Both the position numbers and the translations under genes were made by a program. A DNA stretch of 64,000 nt from a virus, in the IMG/VR virus record IMGVR_UViG_3300032282_001564, positions 1-64,000 of that record, one strand, 5' to 3'. The notes beneath the pieces are model-generated. The model saw only the letters and a program-made list of their open reading frames with translations, searched no databases and was not told where the DNA came from. Positions 49,880 to 59,927 of the stretch are shown here, in pieces. The first letter of the stretch is position 1. Every line of letters starts with the position of its first letter.

Positions 49880-51689
49880 CCTTAGCAACGGTACCAGTCT
49901 AATTACAGGCGGTCTTTCAGACGGAACCGTAGATACTAGCCACACAAGTTTAGTTTTAATTGGTAAAAACTACGCCGGTTACGGACAGTTCCTCAATGAC
50001 AACTTTGTTCGATTGTTGGAAAACTTTGCTAACAGTACTAGCCCAGCTAATCCTTTAGCAGGACAATTATGGTGGGACACAACAAACGCGGTTATGCGTG
50101 TATACACCGGCAATAGCTGGAAAATTTCTACAGGTGCTACATCAAGCCCTGCAAGTAGTCCTCCTGGAGACCTAAGCGCCTTGGGTGGCGACCTATGGTT
50201 TGACAGTACAAACAACCAATTAAAGTTATACACTGGTAGCCAATGGTTAGTTGTTGGTCCAGTTGCAACAACAGCAACAGGTGACTCTGGTGCGTTTCCG
50301 GCTCTAATTACAGACTCGGGCGGTGCTGTGCGTACAATCGTACAACTTAAAATTAAAGGTATTGTATATGCCATATTTGCATATGAAAACTTTAACACAA
50401 GTACACCAGGCTTTGCCACAATCCGTGCAGGTTTAAACTTTAATACAAACAATACCCCAGCAATGGGCCTAAGCACACAAGATACAGCCGCTACAGCAAG
50501 TACACTAGTACAACGTGACAGCAGTGGTGGTATTACTGCCGCATCAGTAGCATCAGGGACTATTAATACCACCGGATTGATTACAAGCGGCGGTGGTTTT
50601 AGCGGATCACTAAGCGGTAACGTTGCTGGCCAATTAGTTAACTCGACTCAAGTATTAGCTACTACTGTTAGTACAGCTAGTACAGTAACAGCCGCAGGCG
50701 GTTTTGTCGGCACAATAAACACAGCCGCACAACCAAACATTACTACCTTGGGTAACGTATTCAACTTATCAACCAATGGTCAAACTAGTTTAACTGGTTA
50801 TGCTACTTATAATGGTGCTGAAATTGCTACTACTGGTGCTAATGCTAGTATTACTTTTGGCTACTTAGACAGCACTATCATTGGTTCTATTACACCACGT
50901 CTAGGTAAGTTTACAGATTTAATTGTTAGTAACGTAGCATATCCATTTGCAACTGGCGTTATTAACTTAGGACAACCCGGTGCAGTATGGAACGGTGTTT
51001 ACGCTAACGCGGCAATCACCAGCAGAATTATTAACTCTGGTAATGCATCCATTGGTGGTATATTAACTGTTACTGGTAATGCCAATATGTTGGCTAACCT
51101 AAGCATTACATCTCAAGTTAATGCAACAACGGTAATGGCGTCGGTTGCAAATATTTCAACTAGCGTTTATACTCCTTCATTAACAATAGTCAATGGTACT
51201 GTTTCTGGTAACATCAATCCTAGTGCTAACCTAGTTAGCAATTTGGGCTCAGTAACCAACTGGTACAATAACATTTATGGTACTGCTATCCATGCGTTAT
51301 ATGCTGACGTTGCAGAACGATTCCACAGCGATGCTCCATATTCACCAGGAACTGTAGTTGAATTGGGCGGTCCAGTAGAAATTACCAAAGTGAAAGACGA
51401 ATTAAGCGATAAAGTCTTTGGCGTCATAAGTACTAATGCGGCTTACTTAATGAATTCCGGTGCCGGTTCAAACGAAACACACCCACCTGTAGCAATGAGC
51501 GGACGAGTTCCAGTTAGAGTAATTGGTTTAATCGCCAAAGGTGAACGTTTAGTAAGTGCTGGAAATGGTTTAGCTCGAGCTGGAAAATCCACAGAATTAA
51601 CACCTTGGAATGTAATCGGACGTAGTTTAGTTGACAAAACGGACACCGGTGAAAGTACAATTGAAGCTATTGTAAAAATAAATTCATAA
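49863..51689 (+). CDS. Tail fibre (paralog 3) with C-terminal intramolecular-chaperone-like domain
   Basis: Shared N-terminus; YADVAERF..D..Y.PGTVV...VFGVIST...VAMSGRVPVRV.G.I.KG.RLVS (peptidase G2/IMC-like). Confidence 0.75.
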   Translation: MAYTIDLSNGTSLITGGLSDGTVDTSHTSLVLIGKNYAGYGQFLNDNFVRLLENFANSTSPANPLAGQLWWDTTNAVMRVYTGNSWKISTGATSSPASSPPGDLSALGGDLWFDSTNNQLKLYTGSQWLVVGPVATTATGDSGAFPALITDSGGAVRTIVQLKIKGIVYAIFAYENFNTSTPGFATIRAGLNFNTNNTPAMGLSTQDTAATASTLVQRDSSGGITAASVASGTINTTGLITSGGGFSGSLSGNVAGQLVNSTQVLATTVSTASTVTAAGGFVGTINTAAQPNITTLGNVFNLSTNGQTSLTGYATYNGAEIATTGANASITFGYLDSTIIGSITPRLGKFTDLIVSNVAYPFATGVINLGQPGAVWNGVYANAAITSRIINSGNASIGGILTVTGNANMLANLSITSQVNATTVMASVANISTSVYTPSLTIVNGTVSGNINPSANLVSNLGSVTNWYNNIYGTAIHALYADVAERFHSDAPYSPGTVVELGGPVEITKVKDELSDKVFGVISTNAAYLMNSGAGSNETHPPVAMSGRVPVRVIGLIAKGERLVSAGNGLARAGKSTELTPWNVIGRSLVDKTDTGESTIEAIVKINS

Positions 51690-51704
51690 TAGGAAATATA
51701 GAAT

Positions 51705-52724
51705 ATGGCGTACCAACAACTAGGACTAATACAAGCATCAGATTACAATGCTTTAGTCGATACCAACTGGAGTACATCGGCAAATACTCTTAATGCTATT
51801 TGGTCCGGTGGACAATATGACGGCGGATATGGCCAAACAGCTATTCCGCAAGTTTCAACTGCTGGTACAGTAACAGCTACACAATGGGCGTCATTAATCA
51901 ATACTTTAAACAGCGTTAAAACACACCAAACAGGTACAGGTACAGGTATTAGTGCTACAACAGCTGGTGGTACAATTAACTATCTAACTACATTACAAAG
52001 CAGTTTAAGCACAGCATGGTCAAGCCGTTTGTTGTTTAACAGCGTTCAAGGTACAACATCCACTGGTAGTACATACAGCCCTAACTACACATACACCAAT
52101 GCTCCAACTTTGCGTAGTGATACTATTGTTCGTACTATTACATTTGCATCAGCTGACCAAGCTCGTTGGTTCTTTAATGCCGGTGGTCAAATTAACTTTA
52201 TTGTTACTAGCTGTTCAAACGGCGACGGTACAAACCGTTCTGGAGATATTGTTACTTTAGTTGGTACAAACTTTGCTAGTTTAACAGCGTTCCGTGCTCA
52301 TACAAACGGCGGACGTCAGGGCACAGGTGGCACAGCTAACACCAACAACACAGCACTTGGTTATTATGAAATGACTACAAGCCCACAAACCCTTTCCCAA
52401 ATTACTAGTACAACCAGTTTATATACCGGTGACTACATGACATTAACTGCTTACACAAACGGTACACAAGGTCTATACCAAGACCGCGGTAGCGTATTGT
52501 ACATGGCCTTAACTTATGTAAGTGCATTGCGTACTGACGGTATTTACACAACCAGCGATCCACAGGGTTCACAAGGCTCACAAAAAGAAACTGGCGGTGT
52601 TAACTACAGCAACTACTGGTACTTTAACGATTCATTAAACGTAACCATTAACCATCGTGTTGACGTAGTATATCCAGAAACAACAAACATCTCCAATACT
52701 TGGGGTACTGTAACAGTTTCCTAA
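51705..52724 (+). CDS. Virion structural protein, Thr/Ser-rich
   Basis: I.A.DYN, GYGQT, VTATQW, ARWFFNAGG motifs; last gene of tail cluster. Confidence 0.65.
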   Translation: MAYQQLGLIQASDYNALVDTNWSTSANTLNAIWSGGQYDGGYGQTAIPQVSTAGTVTATQWASLINTLNSVKTHQTGTGTGISATTAGGTINYLTTLQSSLSTAWSSRLLFNSVQGTTSTGSTYSPNYTYTNAPTLRSDTIVRTITFASADQARWFFNAGGQINFIVTSCSNGDGTNRSGDIVTLVGTNFASLTAFRAHTNGGRQGTGGTANTNNTALGYYEMTTSPQTLSQITSTTSLYTGDYMTLTAYTNGTQGLYQDRGSVLYMALTYVSALRTDGIYTTSDPQGSQGSQKETGGVNYSNYWYFNDSLNVTINHRVDVVYPETTNISNTWGTVTVS

Positions 52725-52734
52725 TCCAAAGTAG

Positions 52735-52763
52735 TTGACATACCGGGTGTAGACTAGTATAAT
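52735..52763 (+). promoter_or_regulatory. Consensus sigma70 promoter heading the modification cluster
   Basis: TTGACA (52735-52740) - 17 bp - TATAAT (52758-52763). Confidence 0.85.
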
Positions 52764-52785
52764 TACTGTCTACACCTTTCTTTCT
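52746..52785 (+). terminator. Inverted repeat with T-rich tail overlapping the -10 box
   Basis: GGTGTAGAC (52746-52754) / GTCTACACC (52768-52776), then TTTCTTTCT. Confidence 0.55.
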
Positions 52786-52788
52786 ATT

Positions 52789-53103
52789 ATGAGCGAACTC
52801 GAAAAACTTACTGCCGAAATACGACAGGCCACTGATTATCAAATTAATAAACGCATCCTACGAGAAAAAATCCAAACAGATTTGCATTTACCCTATAATG
52901 GCGGATTGTTTAAAATTACACCCGAGCTATTAGCCTTTATGCAAGGTTGGCCAATTGATGATATGTATCTTGAAGATGCATATGGTAATCCTATTCAAGT
53001 TGACCGACAGGTATTTTTGATTCAAGCACAACAGCATTATCAACAAGTAATGAACAGATGGCATCAACAACATGGCGAACTTAAGAAAATCCGCAAAGTC
53101 TAG
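52789..53103 (+). CDS. Hypothetical protein
   Basis: 104-aa ORF directly after promoter; GGLFKITPEL, D.YGNPI. Confidence 0.7.
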   Translation: MSELEKLTAEIRQATDYQINKRILREKIQTDLHLPYNGGLFKITPELLAFMQGWPIDDMYLEDAYGNPIQVDRQVFLIQAQQHYQQVMNRWHQQHGELKKIRKV

Positions 53104-53887
53104 GGGCGCCGTAGTATTTGCTCTTAATAACGGGCAAACAGATTATGTAGCCATGGCGGATCAAACAAGCCGTTTGATCCAACACAACATGGGCATGCCA
53201 GTTACACTTGTTACAGATTTAACCAGCGAACCGGAGTTTGCGTATGATCGTATTGTTCGTATAGACATTGCTGGACACAATTTTAAATTAGATAATGCCA
53301 CAGTTCGTTGGCGTAATTTTGGACGCTACATGGCATACGAAGCCAGCACATATGATGAGACATTGTTGCTAGACACTGACTATCTAGTACTTGATGATAG
53401 TTTGTTAAAATTATTTGCCACGGACTTTGACTATAGACTAATGCATCACAACGTAACTGATTCTGGTCCGCTGTATGAAGAAATGGGAGAAACTAGTTTA
53501 CCATTTATCTGGGCCACAGTAGTAGCATTTAGAAAAACTGAACGCTCAAGACTATTCTTTAATCTTGTTGGACGTATACAACGTAATTACAACTACTATA
53601 GGACTTTGTTTAATGTTCGCGAAAGTAATTTTAGAAACGATTATGCATTTGCAATGGCTAATATAATTATAAGTGGTTACGACATTAACGAAGACCAAGG
53701 CATTCCTTGGCCAATGTACACATTAGAAAAACCAGTGGTGTCTATTAAACCTACTGATAATTTCTTACATGTCAAGTACGCCGATTTGGCAACAGTAGTT
53801 CCTTACCAGAATATACACGTAATGGATAAAGAATATTTGTTAAGTGACAATTTTAAAAATTTAGTAGGAGAACTCTGTGAATCATAA
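53072..53887 (+). CDS. Glycosyltransferase-like protein (GT-A fold)
   Basis: YDETLLLDTDY DxD motif, WATVV.F, RND.AF. Confidence 0.6.
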   Translation: MANLRKSAKSRGAVVFALNNGQTDYVAMADQTSRLIQHNMGMPVTLVTDLTSEPEFAYDRIVRIDIAGHNFKLDNATVRWRNFGRYMAYEASTYDETLLLDTDYLVLDDSLLKLFATDFDYRLMHHNVTDSGPLYEEMGETSLPFIWATVVAFRKTERSRLFFNLVGRIQRNYNYYRTLFNVRESNFRNDYAFAMANIIISGYDINEDQGIPWPMYTLEKPVVSIKPTDNFLHVKYADLATVVPYQNIHVMDKEYLLSDNFKNLVGELCES

Positions 53888-54695
53888 AGAACAAGCTGGC
53901 TTTGTTACTTTTGCACAGAACACAGACCAAGTTGATTATTTAGAACTGGCCGCAGTACAAGCACAAAACATTAAACTAACACAAAAGTTAAATCGTACAG
54001 CAGTAATAGTAGATAGTGCAACCAAGGAAAAAGTAAATGACGATCATCGTGGCGTTTTTGATTATATCATTGATCTTCCCCATGATTATAATGATCCTAC
54101 TAATGCTAGAAAGTTTGCTAATGAGTGGCAAGTCTTTTGGCTTACGCCTTTTAAAGAAACTGTTAAATTAGAAAGTGATTTACTGTTTACTCGTAGCATT
54201 GATCATTGGTGGACAGCATTTAGGTTACGCAACGTTTGTTTAAGCGTAGGGGCAAGAGATTATCGCGGTAATAGAAATTATAAAAATTTATACCGTAGAG
54301 AATTTCCAGAAAATGAACTACCTGATGTATACAACGGATTAATGTATTTTAGATATAGCCAAGAAGCTGTACAATTTTTTAATGTTGCCCGTGCTGTTTT
54401 TAATAATTGGGCACACATAAGAGACAACCTACTGATTAACTGTAGAGATGAAACTCCGAGCACAGATGTACTGTATGCGGTTACTGCACTTATAGTTGGA
54501 CCAGAAAATTGTACAGCACACAGTTTAGATTTTATAAACTTTACACACATGAAATCGGCATTCAATGGATGGAGTGATAACCGTATGTGGACCGACACAG
54601 TAGTCGGCGAAACAGATGGTAATATGATACGAATTAATAATTTAAATCAATACCATCCGGTACATTACTACGATAAAGATTATGTTAAAAGATGA
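53877..54695 (+). CDS. Glycosyltransferase-like protein (paralog)
   Basis: TPFKETVKLESD, YNGLMYF, FTHMK, HYY.K. Confidence 0.55.
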   Translation: MNHKEQAGFVTFAQNTDQVDYLELAAVQAQNIKLTQKLNRTAVIVDSATKEKVNDDHRGVFDYIIDLPHDYNDPTNARKFANEWQVFWLTPFKETVKLESDLLFTRSIDHWWTAFRLRNVCLSVGARDYRGNRNYKNLYRREFPENELPDVYNGLMYFRYSQEAVQFFNVARAVFNNWAHIRDNLLINCRDETPSTDVLYAVTALIVGPENCTAHSLDFINFTHMKSAFNGWSDNRMWTDTVVGETDGNMIRINNLNQYHPVHYYDKDYVKR

Positions 54696-55023
54696 AGATG
54701 TATTTGCGTTACTAACTCCTGCACCGCAAGTAGAAATAGAGTATAGGATCTACTACAACGATGCAGGCGATATTACGCATTGCTCAATGATAGAACACGC
54801 CGATGGAAATTACATTGTTGTGGATAAAGACACATACAATAATTATTTCCAATACCACATAGTCAACGGTAAGTTAAAAAAGATAGAATCGGACGCTAGA
54901 TATATCGTAAAATTGCGTAAGTCAACAAAAGGATATCCTGTAGTAGCAGGAAACGCCAGCTTAATATTAGAGCCGGGCGAAACACATGAAAATATAGAAT
55001 ACTATGAACGAACAGATAATTGA
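54682..55023 (+). CDS. Hypothetical protein
   Basis: 113-aa ORF overlapping both neighbours. Confidence 0.65.
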   Translation: MLKDEDVFALLTPAPQVEIEYRIYYNDAGDITHCSMIEHADGNYIVVDKDTYNNYFQYHIVNGKLKKIESDARYIVKLRKSTKGYPVVAGNASLILEPGETHENIEYYERTDN

Positions 55024-55900
55024 TATTGCTGATATAGATTGCATTTACCTTAGTTATGATGAACCACGTAAAGAAGAATTTTGGATTATGATTCAAAATA
55101 TGGTTCCTTGGGCTGAACGTGTTGATGGTATTAAAGGGTCAGACGCCGCACATAAAGCGGCCGCAATGACTAGTACCACTGATTGGTTTGTACTAATTGA
55201 TGGAGACAATATACCAGACCCTGACTTCTTTAATAAACAATTAATACTAACAGACGAACACCAAGGTGGTGCATTTCGTTGGCGAGCTCGTAATGTTGTT
55301 AACGGATTAATGTATGGCAACGGTGGTATGAGTGTGTGGTCAAAAGAATTTGTAATGAATATGCGTACACACGAAGCAAGTGATGGTACTGCGGCCAACG
55401 ATGTAGAGTTTTGTTTTTATCCTAACTACTACAGTATGAATGATTGTTATAGTACAACACATCCTAATGCTACTCCATTCCAGGCCTGGCGTGCCGGATT
55501 CCGCGAAGGTGTTAAGATGTCGTTAGATCGCGGAGCAAAGCCTAGTCTTGAAGAATTTGAACAGCGTGTACATAGTCGCAATTATGATCATTTGTGCATT
55601 TGGCAAAGCGTTGGCGCCGACGCAGAAAATGGCTTTTGGTCTATTTACGGAGCACGACTTGGTACTTACATGACCATGATTGAAGGATGGAATCACAAAG
55701 AAGTACAAGACTTTGATGTGCTGGCTAAACTATGGGAATCGTTTAGCCAAGACGGCGCTGACCAATGTTGTAGTGTAGGCGACACACTACGTAGAAAATT
55801 AGGCATGCCTATAGTAGATATGGATCCTGCTGAAAGTGAGTTCTTTAAACATCACTACAGATCGCAACATAAAAATTTAGGAATAATGATTCGTGAGTAA
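55004..55900 (+). CDS. Glycosyltransferase-like protein (GT2-like)
   Basis: LSYDEP, G.KGSDAAH, IDGDN DxD motif, YGNGG, AWRAGFRE. Confidence 0.6.
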   Translation: MNEQIIDIADIDCIYLSYDEPRKEEFWIMIQNMVPWAERVDGIKGSDAAHKAAAMTSTTDWFVLIDGDNIPDPDFFNKQLILTDEHQGGAFRWRARNVVNGLMYGNGGMSVWSKEFVMNMRTHEASDGTAANDVEFCFYPNYYSMNDCYSTTHPNATPFQAWRAGFREGVKMSLDRGAKPSLEEFEQRVHSRNYDHLCIWQSVGADAENGFWSIYGARLGTYMTMIEGWNHKEVQDFDVLAKLWESFSQDGADQCCSVGDTLRRKLGMPIVDMDPAESEFFKHHYRSQHKNLGIMIRE

Positions 55901-57278
55901 AAGCGATTTTATGTCTGCCGCAGAGCAGATGCAGGCAAAGCTAGGCCCAGCACTATGTTTGGCTAAATGGAAACAAGTAAGTTTACATTTACCTACAGGG
56001 TTAACTAACAGTTGTTATCATCCTCCGCTACACACAATCGATGCTGAAGAGATTAAAACAAAACCCGGAGCACTACACAACACAGCACATAAAAAGGCTC
56101 AGCGTGTTATTATGCTTAAGAATGAGCGTCCGCAAGAGTGTAGTTATTGTTGGACACAGGAAGACTTAGGTAATTTAAGCGATCGTCATTATAGGTCAGG
56201 TGAGCCTTGGGCCGCAGAAGATTATGACGTTATTAAAAACAGCAAAGGAACTGAAGATGATGTTATTCCGTCGTATGTCGAGGTTAACTTTAATCATGCG
56301 TGTAATTTGCGATGTAGTTATTGTAGCCCTCAGTTTAGCAGTAGCTGGCAAACAGAAGTGGACAAGTATGGCGGCTACCCAACAAGTGTCATTCATAATG
56401 ATCCTAGTCATTTTACTGGCAATCGTCGGCCTATACCACATTCCCACGATAATCCTTATGTTGATGCCTTCTGGGAATGGTGGCCTACACTATATCCTAA
56501 ACTAAAACATTTCCGCATGACCGGTGGTGAGCCATTGATGGACAAGAATACATACAAAGTATTTGACTATGTATTGGCCTTACCTAACCCAGAATTGCAT
56601 TTGGATGTGACCAGCAACTTCAGTGTGGAAGATAACTTGATGAATAAGTATCTTGACTATGTAAAACAATTATGTTCTACACAAATTGAACATTTTATGC
56701 AGTATGTTAGTGTAGACACCGGCAACGTCAAACATGCTGAATATATCAGGCACGGACTTGATATGAATCGACTACACGAGAATGTCAACAGATTCTTAAC
56801 AGAAATTCCATACCGTAATAGTCTAACATTTATTATTACCATGAATAATCTAAGTGTACTTGGATTACAACGACAATTAAATTGGATTCTTGAATTGCGT
56901 AAAAAGTACAGCACTACATATCAACGTGTTTGGTTTGACACTCCGTTGCTACGTACACCGACTTGGCAAAGTCTACAAATACTGCCACCTGTGTATGCCG
57001 GTGTGCTAGAACGTGTGGCCGATTGGATGGAATTACATTTAGAAACCGCAGACAAGCCATTTCAAGGTTTTAAAGACTATGAAGTACAGCGTATGCGTAG
57101 GGATATAGATTGGATGAAAGAAGGTTGTAATCTAGATCCAAAATATGTTAAACTGCAACGTGCAGATTTTTATCGTTTCTTTAATGAACACGATAAACGT
57201 CGTGGCACAGACTTTTTAGCAACATTTCCTGAAATGCGAGAATTTTGGAAAGAATGTGAGTACCATGCCAAGAATTAA
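55893..57278 (+). CDS. N-twitch radical SAM protein
   Basis: CNLRCSYC, TGGEP; N-terminal C.AKW...SCYH...CSYCW. Confidence 0.9.
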   Translation: MSKSDFMSAAEQMQAKLGPALCLAKWKQVSLHLPTGLTNSCYHPPLHTIDAEEIKTKPGALHNTAHKKAQRVIMLKNERPQECSYCWTQEDLGNLSDRHYRSGEPWAAEDYDVIKNSKGTEDDVIPSYVEVNFNHACNLRCSYCSPQFSSSWQTEVDKYGGYPTSVIHNDPSHFTGNRRPIPHSHDNPYVDAFWEWWPTLYPKLKHFRMTGGEPLMDKNTYKVFDYVLALPNPELHLDVTSNFSVEDNLMNKYLDYVKQLCSTQIEHFMQYVSVDTGNVKHAEYIRHGLDMNRLHENVNRFLTEIPYRNSLTFIITMNNLSVLGLQRQLNWILELRKKYSTTYQRVWFDTPLLRTPTWQSLQILPPVYAGVLERVADWMELHLETADKPFQGFKDYEVQRMRRDIDWMKEGCNLDPKYVKLQRADFYRFFNEHDKRRGTDFLATFPEMREFWKECEYHAKN

Positions 57279-58614
57279 TAACGAGTCAGACTTAGAATAC
57301 AAACGCCGTGTAATTGACATTAAGTCAGAAAGTTTCTGCGGTGCAAAATGGTATAACGCTACTATATGGCTAGGTTCAGGTATGACTACAAGTTGTCATC
57401 ACCCTTTACCGCATAAGGTAGAAGTAGCAGATGTCATAGCAAATCCTAAAGCATTACACAATACAACACAAAAGAAGATAGAACGCAGTCAGATGCAAAA
57501 GGGCGAACGTCCTACAGGTTGTGAATACTGCTGGAAAATCGAAGACATTGGTCGCGACAATATTAGCGACCGTGTTTATAAAACTGTTATATACCAAGAC
57601 AAGGACTTAGACTATGCATACAATCTTGACCCAACCACTGATGTGGATTTACAAACTCTTGAAATCGCCTTTGACCGCACCTGCCAGTTTGCTTGCTCTT
57701 ACTGCAACCCTGCCTTTTCTTCCACCTGGGTCAAAGATATCGATCGCAATGGCCCTTATACTGGCCTTGTCAGTGATGGCCGTAACCATTTCACTCATTC
57801 GCATGGAAGTAGCCAACTATACCGCTTTGGTGAAGAAAATCCATATGTCACAGCTTTCCACAAGTGGTGGGAATCAGATCTACATAAGACGCTTCAAGAA
57901 CTCCGTATTACAGGTGGAGAGCCACTTATGTCAGGCGAAACGTGGAAACTTATCGATTGGTTTAAGACGAACAAGGGCAAAAGCAAGACACGTCTAGCAA
58001 TTAATAGTAACCTAGGTACACAAGTAGATATTGATCGTTTGCTTGCAAGTATTGATGGTGTTGAAATAGATTTATATACCAGCAACGAAGCAATGAATCT
58101 ACAGGCCGAATATATCCGCGATGGGCTTGTATTTGATGATTGGGCAAACAATGTAGAACGACTACTAGACTCAGGTAAGTTCCGTGGGCTTCACGTTATG
58201 TGTACAATTAATGCCTTGTGTCTCGATAGCCTTGATAGTTTTCTTGAAATGGTTTATAACTGGAAACTAGAATACGGCAAAGACAGTATTAATTTTTCTC
58301 TAAATATATTACGCTTTCCTAGTTTTCAAAGTCCGCTAGTATTACCTGACTCGTCAAGAACGTACTATAGAGAAAAACTGCAAGAGTGGCTGGATCATAA
58401 CTACAGCAGTGAATTTATACACCGCTTTGAACTTGATCAGTTAAAACGATTAATAGATTATCTTGACGTAGTTAAAACTCCACATGCCGGCGCCGCAGAG
58501 CAAGAAATATTGCGTAGGGATTTTAAATTGTTTTATCAACAATACGATCAACGCCGCGGCAAAAACTTTACAGAAACATTTCCTGCATTAGCAGAATGGT
58601 ATAATACACTATGA
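57256..58614 (+). CDS. N-twitch radical SAM protein
   Basis: CQFACSYC, TGGEP; N-terminal CGAKW...SCHH...CEYCW. Confidence 0.9.
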   Translation: MSTMPRINNESDLEYKRRVIDIKSESFCGAKWYNATIWLGSGMTTSCHHPLPHKVEVADVIANPKALHNTTQKKIERSQMQKGERPTGCEYCWKIEDIGRDNISDRVYKTVIYQDKDLDYAYNLDPTTDVDLQTLEIAFDRTCQFACSYCNPAFSSTWVKDIDRNGPYTGLVSDGRNHFTHSHGSSQLYRFGEENPYVTAFHKWWESDLHKTLQELRITGGEPLMSGETWKLIDWFKTNKGKSKTRLAINSNLGTQVDIDRLLASIDGVEIDLYTSNEAMNLQAEYIRDGLVFDDWANNVERLLDSGKFRGLHVMCTINALCLDSLDSFLEMVYNWKLEYGKDSINFSLNILRFPSFQSPLVLPDSSRTYYREKLQEWLDHNYSSEFIHRFELDQLKRLIDYLDVVKTPHAGAAEQEILRRDFKLFYQQYDQRRGKNFTETFPALAEWYNTL

Positions 58615-59927
58615 GTAAAGACTTTTATAACAAAGGTTACGATTATATGGCTCGCAAGCCATATTTCATTGAACGTGAAGAACTAACACCACGCCAATGG
58701 CAATTACTAACTGAAAGCGATCGCTTCTGTATGCTTCCGTGGATGCACATGCATGCCTTTCCGGATGGTCGTGCTTATCCTTGTTGTTTAGCTGACTACT
58801 GGCATCCAGTCGGTGATTTACGCAAAGACACAATGGCGGAAGTATGGAACCAAGACGCATATAAAACAATGCGTACAAATATGTTAACTGAGCGTGAGTG
58901 CAAAGAGTGTACAAAATGTTACGAACAAGAAGCAAATGGTTTCTTTAGTATGCGTAACGATAGCAATCGTAATTATGGACATCATATAGCCGAAGTAGAA
59001 AACACCAAGCCAGATGGCACTAACCCAGAATTTAAAATTCGTTATTGGGACGTTCGCTTTAGTAACTTATGTAATTTTAGCTGTCGTAGTTGCGGTCCTA
59101 TTTTTAGCTCAAATTGGTATAACGATCATGTAAAGTTATATAATCGTAAACCTGATGTACTTGGTCGTGATATGGCTAGAGTTGAATACACTACCGGTGA
59201 CGAAGATAATATGATAGCTCAAATGATGCCACACGTACCACATCTAGAGCAAGTATACTTTGCCGGTGGCGAACCATTGATCATGAAAGAACATTACTTT
59301 CTGTTAGAAAAATTAGAAGAACTAGATAAAACAGAAGTGCGAATTCAATACAACACAAACTTTAGCGAACTACGCTACAAGGACAAGCACGTATTTGATT
59401 ACTGGCGAAAGTTTAAGAATGTCAGTGTGGGTGCAAGTCTTGATGCTAGTGGAGCCAGGGCAGAGCTAATGCGTAAAGGAACAGACTGGGCACAAGCAGT
59501 TGATAACCGTCGACGTATGCAAACAGAAGTGCCACACGTAGACTTTTATATCAGTGCCACAGTTAGTGCTATGAACATTCTACACGTACTAGACTTTCAT
59601 CAAGAGTGGACTGAATTAGGATTAATTAGAGCACAAGACTTTAATGTAAATATTTGCCAAAGTCCCGAATGGTATCGTATTGATATCTTCCCTGAATGGT
59701 TTAAGAACGATGTTATTATTCCTGCATATGAACGACATATTGCTTGGTTGGAGCCACAGGATAATCTTAAACGTGCCACTAACGGATTTAAGTCAGCCTT
59801 GAACTTTTTACGTTCCGGAGATCAAAGTCATCACTGGCCACGCTTTGTAGAAGAAATACGTAAGTTAGATGAAATACGTGGCGAAGATTTTTGGGCAACT
59901 TTCCCAGAGCTTGCTAGTTTAAAATGA
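58611..59927 (+). CDS. N-twitch radical SAM protein
   Basis: CNFSCRSC, AGGEP; N-terminal CMLPW...PCC...CTKC. Confidence 0.9.
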   Translation: MSKDFYNKGYDYMARKPYFIEREELTPRQWQLLTESDRFCMLPWMHMHAFPDGRAYPCCLADYWHPVGDLRKDTMAEVWNQDAYKTMRTNMLTERECKECTKCYEQEANGFFSMRNDSNRNYGHHIAEVENTKPDGTNPEFKIRYWDVRFSNLCNFSCRSCGPIFSSNWYNDHVKLYNRKPDVLGRDMARVEYTTGDEDNMIAQMMPHVPHLEQVYFAGGEPLIMKEHYFLLEKLEELDKTEVRIQYNTNFSELRYKDKHVFDYWRKFKNVSVGASLDASGARAELMRKGTDWAQAVDNRRRMQTEVPHVDFYISATVSAMNILHVLDFHQEWTELGLIRAQDFNVNICQSPEWYRIDIFPEWFKNDVIIPAYERHIAWLEPQDNLKRATNGFKSALNFLRSGDQSHHWPRFVEEIRKLDEIRGEDFWATFPELASLK

